Shown in pieces: positions 26,456 through 32,507 of a stretch of DNA of 32,507 bases. Source of the stretch: Utricularia gibba. Taxonomy: Eukaryota > Plantae > Magnoliophyta. The position numbers and the translations under genes were made by a program. The notes under the pieces were generated by a model. It searched no databases. It had not been told where the DNA came from and was given only the letters and a program-made list of their open reading frames with translations. Numbering within the stretch: the first letter of the stretch is position 1; each line of letters opens with the position of its first letter. The stretch is taken from the NCBI GenBank assembly GCA_002189035.1, contig NEEC01000217.1:1-32507 (forward strand). The letters are read 5' to 3'.

Positions 26456-26613
26456 TTGATGCATTTCTTAACGTTGGGTTTTAATTGGCTGCCTACATGG
26501 TTTCTCAAGGAAAAGCTTGTCGTTTTTGGGCGGGTGATGTCGTTGTGAACTTCGTTCTGACCCAAGGTTCGGTCTGACTCCTTTGCCACATCGGGTCCTA
26601 CTCGACGAAAATC
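26456..26613 (+). repeat. Half-unit B (158 bp) of a diverged dimeric monomer
   Basis: TTGATGCATTTCTTAACGTTGGG matches A GTGATGCACTTATTGAAGTTAGG; ATGGTTTCTCAA matches ATGGTTTTCTCAA; CTCGACGAAAATC matches CTCGGCAAAAAAC. Confidence 0.85.
26551..26578 (+). repeat. Internal 11-bp direct repeat with 17-bp period (present in every full unit)
   Basis: TTCGTTCTGAC (26551-26561) and TTCGGTCTGAC (26568-26578) are 10/11 identical and separated by CCAAGG. Confidence 0.85.
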
Positions 26614-29600
26614 GTGATGCACTTATTGAAGTTAGGATGTCATAAGCACCCAAAATGGTTTTCTCAACCGCATGCTTTATATCTGAGGAGGCGCTCTCGT
26701 GGGGCAACGGTATCGAGAAGGAGGTCGAGTCGAGCTCGGGCCCATAGTCATTTGTGGCTCGGCAAAAAACTTGATGCATTTCTTAACGTTGGGTTTTAAT
26801 TGGCTGCCTACATGGTTTCTCAAGGAAAAGCTTGTCGTTTTTGGGCGGGTGATGTCGTTGTGAACTTCGTTCTGACCCAAGGTTCTTTGCCACATCGGGT
26901 CCTACTCGACGAAAATCGTGATGCACTTATTGAAGTTAGGATGTCATAAGCACCCAAAATGGTTTTCTCAACCGCATGCTTTATATCTGAGGAGGCGCTC
27001 TCGTGGGGCAACGGTATCGAGAAGGAGGTCGAGTCGAGCTCGGGCCCATAGTCATTTGTAGCTCGGCAAAAAACTTGATGCATTTCTTAACGTTGGGTTT
27101 TAATTGGCTGCCTACATGGTTTCTCAAGGAAAAGCTTGTCGTTTTTGGGCGGGTGATGTCGTTGTGAACTTCGTTCTGACCCAAGGTTCGGTCTGACTCC
27201 TTTGCCACATCGGGTCCTACTCGACGAAAATCGTGATGCACTTATTGAAGTTAGGATGTCATGAGCACCCAAAATGGTTTTCTCAACCGCATGCTTTATA
27301 TCTGAGGAGGCGCTCTCGTGGGGCAACGGTATCGAGAAGGAGGTCGAGTCGAGCTCGGGCCCATAGTCATTTGTGGCTCGGCAAAAAACTTGATGCATTT
27401 CTTAACGTTGGGTTTTAATTGGCTGCCTACATGGTTTCTCAAGGAAAAGCTTGTCGTTTTTGGGCGGGTGATGTCGTTGTGAACTTCGTTCTGACCCAAG
27501 GTTCGGTCTGACTCCTTTGCCACATCGGGTCCTACTCGACGAAAATCGTGCTGCACTTATTGAAGTTAGGATGTCATGAGCACCCAAAATGGTTTTCTCA
27601 ACCGCATGCTTTATATCTGAGGAGGCGCTCTCGTGGGGCAACGGTATCGAGAAGGAGGTCGAGTCGAGCTCGGGCCCATAGTCATTTGTGGCTCGGCAAA
27701 AAACTTGATGCATTTCTTAACGTTGGGTTTTAATTGGCTGCCTACATGGTTTCTCAAGGAAAAGCTTGTCGTTTTTGGGCGGGTGATGTCGTTGTGAACT
27801 TCGTTCTGACCCAAGGTTCGGTCTGACTCCTTTGCCACATCGGGTCCTACTCGACGAAAATCGTGATGCACTTATTGAAGTTAGGATGTCATGAGCACCC
27901 AAAATGGTTTTCTCAACCGCATGCTTTATATTGAGGAGGCGCTCTCGTGGGGCAACGGTATCGAGAAGGAGGTCGAGTCGAGCTCGGGCCCATAGTCATT
28001 TGTAGCTCGGCAAAAAACTTGATGCATTTCTTAACGTTGGGTTTTAATTGGCTGCCTACATGGTTTCTCAAGGAAAAGCTTGTCGTTTTGGGCGGGTGAT
28101 GTCGTTGTGAACTTCGTTCTGACCCAAGGTTCGGTCTGACTCCTTTGCCACATCGGGTCCTACTCGACGAAAATCGTGATGCACTTATTGAAGTTAGGAT
28201 GTCATGAGCACCCAAAATGGTTTTCTCAACCGCATGCTTTATATCTGAGGAGGCGCTCTCGTGGGGCAACGGTATCGAGAAGGAGGTCGAGTCGAGCTCG
28301 GGCCCATAGTCATTTGTGGCTCGGCAAAAAACTTGATGCATTTCTTAACGTTGGGTTTTAATTGGCTGCCTACATGGTTTCTCAAGGAAAAGCTTGTCGT
28401 TTTTGGGCGGGTGATGTCGTTGTGAACTTCGTTCTGACCCAAGGTTCGGTCTGACTCCTTTGCCACATCGGGTCCTACTCGACGAAAATCGTGATGCACT
28501 TATTGAAGTTAGGATGTCATGAGCACCCAAAATGGTTTTCTCAACCGCATGCTTTATATCTGAGGAGGCGCTCTCGTGGGGCAACGGTATCGAGAAGGAG
28601 GTCGAGTCGAGCTCGGGCCCATAGTCATTTGTAGCTCGGCAAAAAACTTGATGCATTTCTTAACGTTGGGTTTTAATTGGCTGCCTACATGGTTTCTCAA
28701 GGAAAAGCTTGTCGTTTTTGGGCGGGTGATGTCGTTGTGAACTTCGTTCTGACCCAAGGTTCGGTCTGACTCCTTTGCCACATCGGGTCCTACTCGACGA
28801 AAATCGTGCTGCACTTATTGAAGTTAGGATGTCATGAGCACCCAAAATGGTTTTCTCAACCGCATGCTTTATATTGAGGAGGCGCTCTCGTGGGGCAACG
28901 GTATCGAGAAGGAGGTCGAGTCGAGCTCGGGCCCATAGTCATTTGTAGCTCGGCAAAAAACTTGATGCATTTCTTAACGTTGGGTTTTAATTGGCTGCCT
29001 ACATGGTTTCTCAAGGAAAAGCTTGTCGTTTTTGGGCGGTGATGTCGTTGTGAACTTTTCTGACCCAAAACATCGGGTCCTACTCGACGAAAATCGTGAT
29101 GCACTTATTGAAGTTAGGATGTCTGGTTTTCTCAACCGCATGCTTTATATTGAGGAGGCGCTCTTGGGGCAACGGTATCGAGAGGAGGTCGAGTCGAGCT
29201 CGGCCCATAGTCATTTGTGCTCGGCAAAAAACTTGATGCATTTCTTAACGTTGGTTTTAATTGGCTGCCTACATGGTTTCTCAAGGAAAAGCTTGTCGTT
29301 TTTGGGCGGATGTCGTTGTGAACTTCGTTCTGACCCAAGGTTCGGTCTGACTCCTTTGCCACATCGGGTCCTACTCGACGAAAATCGTGATGCACTTATT
29401 GAAGTTAGGATGTCATGAGCACCCAAAATGGTTTTCTCAACCGCATGCTTTAAGGAGGCGCTCTCGTGGGGCAACGGTATCGAGAGGAGGTCGAGTCGAG
29501 CTCGGGCCCATAGTCATCTCGGCAAAAAACTTGATGCATTTCTTAACGTTGGGTTTTAATTGGCTGCCTACATGGTTTCTCAAGGAAAAGCTTGTCGTTT

Positions 29601-32507
29601 TTGGGCGGTGATGTCGTTGTGAACTTCGTTCTGACCCAAGGTTCGCCACATCGGGTCCTACTCGACGAAAATCGTGATGCACTTATTGAAGTTAGGATGT
29701 CATGAGCACCCAAAATGGTTTTCTCAACCGCATGCTTTATATCTGAGGAGGCGCTCTCGTGGGCAACGGTATCGAGAAGGAGGTCGAGTCGAGCTCGGGC
29801 CCATAGTCATTTGTAGCTCGGCAAAAAACTTGATGCATTTCTTAACGTTGGGTTTTAATTGGCTGCCTACATGGTTTCTCAAGGAAAAGCTTGTCGTTTT
29901 TGGCGGGTGATGTCGTTGTGAACTTCGTTCTGACCCAAGGTTCGGTCTGACTCCTTTGCCACATCGGGTCCTACTCGACGAAAATCGTGATGCACTTATT
30001 GAAGTTAGGATGTCATGAGCACCCAAAATGGTTTTCTCAACCGCATGCTTTATATTGAGGAGGCTCTCGTGGGGCAACGGTATCGAGAAGGAGGTCGAGT
30101 CGAGCTCGGGCCCATAGTCATTTGTGCTCGGCAAAAAACTTGATGCATTTCTTAACGTTGGTTTTAATTGGCTGCCTACATGGTTTCTCAAGGAAAAGCT
30201 TGTCGTTTTTGGGCGGTGATGTCGTTGTGAACTTCGTTCTGACCCAAGGTTCGGTCTGACTCCTTTGCCACATCGGTCCTACTCGACGAAATCGTGATGC
30301 ACTTATTGAAGTTAGGATGTCATGAGCACCCAAAATGGTTTTCTCAACCGCATGCTTTATATCTGAGGAGGCGCTCTCGTGGGGCAACGGTATCGAGAAG
30401 GAGGTCGAGTCGAGCTCGGCCCATAGTCATTTGTAGCTCGGCAAAAAACTTGATGCATTTCTTAACGTTGGGTTTTAATTGGCTGCCTACATGGTTTCTC
30501 AAGGAAAAGCTTGTCGTTTTTGGGCGGGTGATGTCGTTGTGAACTTCGTTCTGACCCAAGGTTCGGTCTTTGCCACATCGGGTCCTACTCGACGAAAATC
30601 GTGATGCATTATTGAAGTTAGGATGTCATAGCACCCAAAATGGTTTTCTCAACCGCATGCTTTATATTGAGGAGGCGCTCTCGTGGGGCAACGGTATCGA
30701 GAAGGAGGTCGAGTCGAGCTCGGGCCATAGTCATTTGTAGCTCGGCAAAAAACTTGATGCATTTCTTAACGTTGGTTTTAATTGGCTGCCTACATGGTTT
30801 CTCAAGGAAAAGCTTGTCGTTTTGGGCGGGATGTCGTTGTGAACTTCGTTCTGACCCAAGGTTCGGTCTGACTCTTTTGCCACATCGGGTCCTACTCGAC
30901 GAAAATCGTGATGCACTTATTGAAGTTAGGATTCAGCACCCAAAATGGTTTTCTCAACCGCATGCTTTATATTTGAGGAGGCGCTCTCGTGGGGCAACGG
31001 TATCGAGAGGAGGTCGAGTCGAGCTCGGGCCCATAGTCATTTGTGCTCGGCAAAAAACTTGATGCATTTCTTAACGTTGGGTTTTAATTGGCTGCCTACA
31101 TGGTTTCTCAAGGAAAAGCTTGTCGTTTTTGGCGGGTGATGTCGTTGTGAACTTCGTTCTGACCAAGGTTCCTTTGCCACATCGGGTCCTACTCGACGAA
31201 AATCGTGATGCACTTATTGAAGTTAGGATGTCATAGCACCCAAAATGGTTTTCTCAACCGCATGCTTTATATCTGAGGGGGCGCTCTCGTGGGCAACGGT
31301 ATCGAGCAGGAGGTCGAGTCGAGCTCGGCCCATAGTCATTTGTGCTCGGCAAAAAACTTGATGCATTTCTTAACGTTGGGTTTTAATTGCTGCCTACATG
31401 GTTTCTCAAGGAAAAGCTTGTCGTTTTTGGCGGGTGATGTCGTTGTGAACTTCGTTCTGACCCAAGGTTCGGTCTGACTCCTTTGCCACATCGGTCCTAC
31501 TCGACGAAAACGTGATGCACTTATTGAAGTTAGGATGTCATGAGCACCCAAAATGGTTTTCTCAACCGCATGCTTTATATTGAGGAGGCGCTCTCGTGGG
31601 GCAACGGTATCGAGAAGGAGGTCGAGTCGAGCTCGGGCCCATAGTCATTTGTGCTCGGCAAAAAACTTGATGCATTTCTTAACGTTGGTTTTAATTGGCT
31701 GCCTACATGGTTTCTCAAGGAAAAGCTTCGTTTTTGGCGGGTGATGTCGTTGTGAACTTCGTTCTGACCCAAGTCCTTCGCCACATCGGGTCCTACTCGA
31801 CGAAAATCGTGATGCACTTATTGAAGTTAGGATGTCATGAGCACCCAAAATGGTTTTCTCAACCGCATGCTTTATATTGAGGAGGCGCTCTCGTGGGGCA
31901 ACGGTATCGAGAGGAGGTCGAGTCGAGCTCGGGCCCATAGTCATTTGTAGCTCGGCAAAAAACTTGATGCATTTTAACGTTGGGTTTTAATTGGCTGCCT
32001 ACATGTTTCTCAAGGAAAAGCTTGTCGTTTTTGGGCGGTGATGTCGTTGTGAACTTCGTTCTGACCCAAGGTTCGGTCTGACTCCTTTGGAGGCGCTCTC
32101 GTGGGGCAACGGTATCGAGAAGGAGGTCGAGTCGAGCTCGGGCCCATAGTCATTTGTAGCTCGGCAAAAAACTTGATGCATTTCTTAACGTTGGGTTTTA
32201 ATTGGCTGCCTACATGGTTTCTCAAGGAAAAGCTTGTCGTTTTTGGGCGGGTGATGTCGTTGTGAACTTCGTTCTGACCCAAGGTTCGGTCTGACTCCTT
32301 TGCCACATCGGTCCTACTCGACGAAAATCGTGATGCACTTATTGAAGTTAGGATGTCATAAGCACCCAAAATGGTTTTCTCAACCGCATGCTTTATATCT
32401 GAGGAGGCGCTCTCGTGGGCAACGGTATCGAGAAGGAGGTCGAGTCGAGCTCGGGCCCATAGTCATTTGTAGCTCGGCAAAAAACTTGATGCATTTCTTA
32501 ACGTTGG

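Larger units (their letters stand above)
26299..26613 (+). repeat. Reference full-length monomer (315 bp)
   Basis: Consensus-like copy running GTGATGCACTTATTGAAG...CTCGACGAAAATC, 153/315 G+C. It carries single SacI (GAGCTC), ApaI, HindIII, SphI, NsiI, AclI and BspHI sites, so any of these should give a 315-bp ladder if the array is genomic. Confidence 0.97.
1..32507. repeat. Tandem array of a 315-bp unit, about 107 head-to-tail copies (satellite-like, or rolling-circle concatemer)
   Basis: The same sequence recurs from base 1 to the end with no interruption or inversion. Clean copies give an exact 315-bp period (unit starts 26299/26614, 27233/27548; ORF pairs 27087/27402, 28239/28554). The window starts and ends mid-unit. 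Confidence 0.99.

Noticed and set aside
26372-26534. G-quadruplex
   Set aside because: G3+ runs are too far apart (never four within a short span); only weak GG doublet clusters exist.
26368-26611. Hammerhead ribozyme (CTGAGGA fits CUGANGA; CGAAA and GGAAA present)
   Set aside because: Stem II does not pair for either GAAA, there is no room for stem I in the one stem III option, the S3 T allele destroys CUGA, and the minus strand has no CUGA. An Infernal search would settle it.
26299-26613. Viroid-like rod-shaped circular RNA
   Set aside because: The size fits, but I found only short complementarities (CCCAAAA/TTTTGGG, 4-bp hairpins). Internal similarity is direct, not inverted. Folding was not computed.
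57-32369. The hundreds of 60-211 aa ORFs in the track as genes
   Set aside because: They are the same few frames of one repeat joined by indel frameshifts. Longer ORFs such as 164-799 are chance read-throughs. No recognisable domain.
1-32507. CRISPR array
   Set aside because: There are no unique spacers; the entire 315-bp period is repeated, and no cas genes are present.

Overview
The whole 32.5-kb window is one head-to-tail tandem array of a 315-bp unit (reference copy 26299-26613, 48.6% GC by hand count). It holds about 107 copies, all in the same orientation, with no flanks, spacers or unique sequence. Copies average about 302 bp because deviations from consensus are almost all deletions, which is typical of a raw nanopore-type long read. 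I see no supportable gene, RNA gene, CRISPR array or mobile element; the ORF track is the same few frames repeated and reshuffled by indels. Structure the simple repeat call does not explain: (1) the unit is a diverged dimer of 157+158-bp halves; (2) four biallelic sites exist, two of them non-randomly linked; (3) allele frequencies switch at about 15.0 kb and form blocks; (4) two recurrent deletion hotspots have repeated identical breakpoints; (5) the unit is exactly 105 codons, one minus frame has a single stop, and a plus-strand 54-aa ORF has a well-placed Shine-Dalgarno-like motif. Best overall inference is a highly homogenised eukaryotic (plant-like) satellite array; a rolling-circle concatemer of a small circle is the alternative. 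All counts are manual tallies and should be recomputed.
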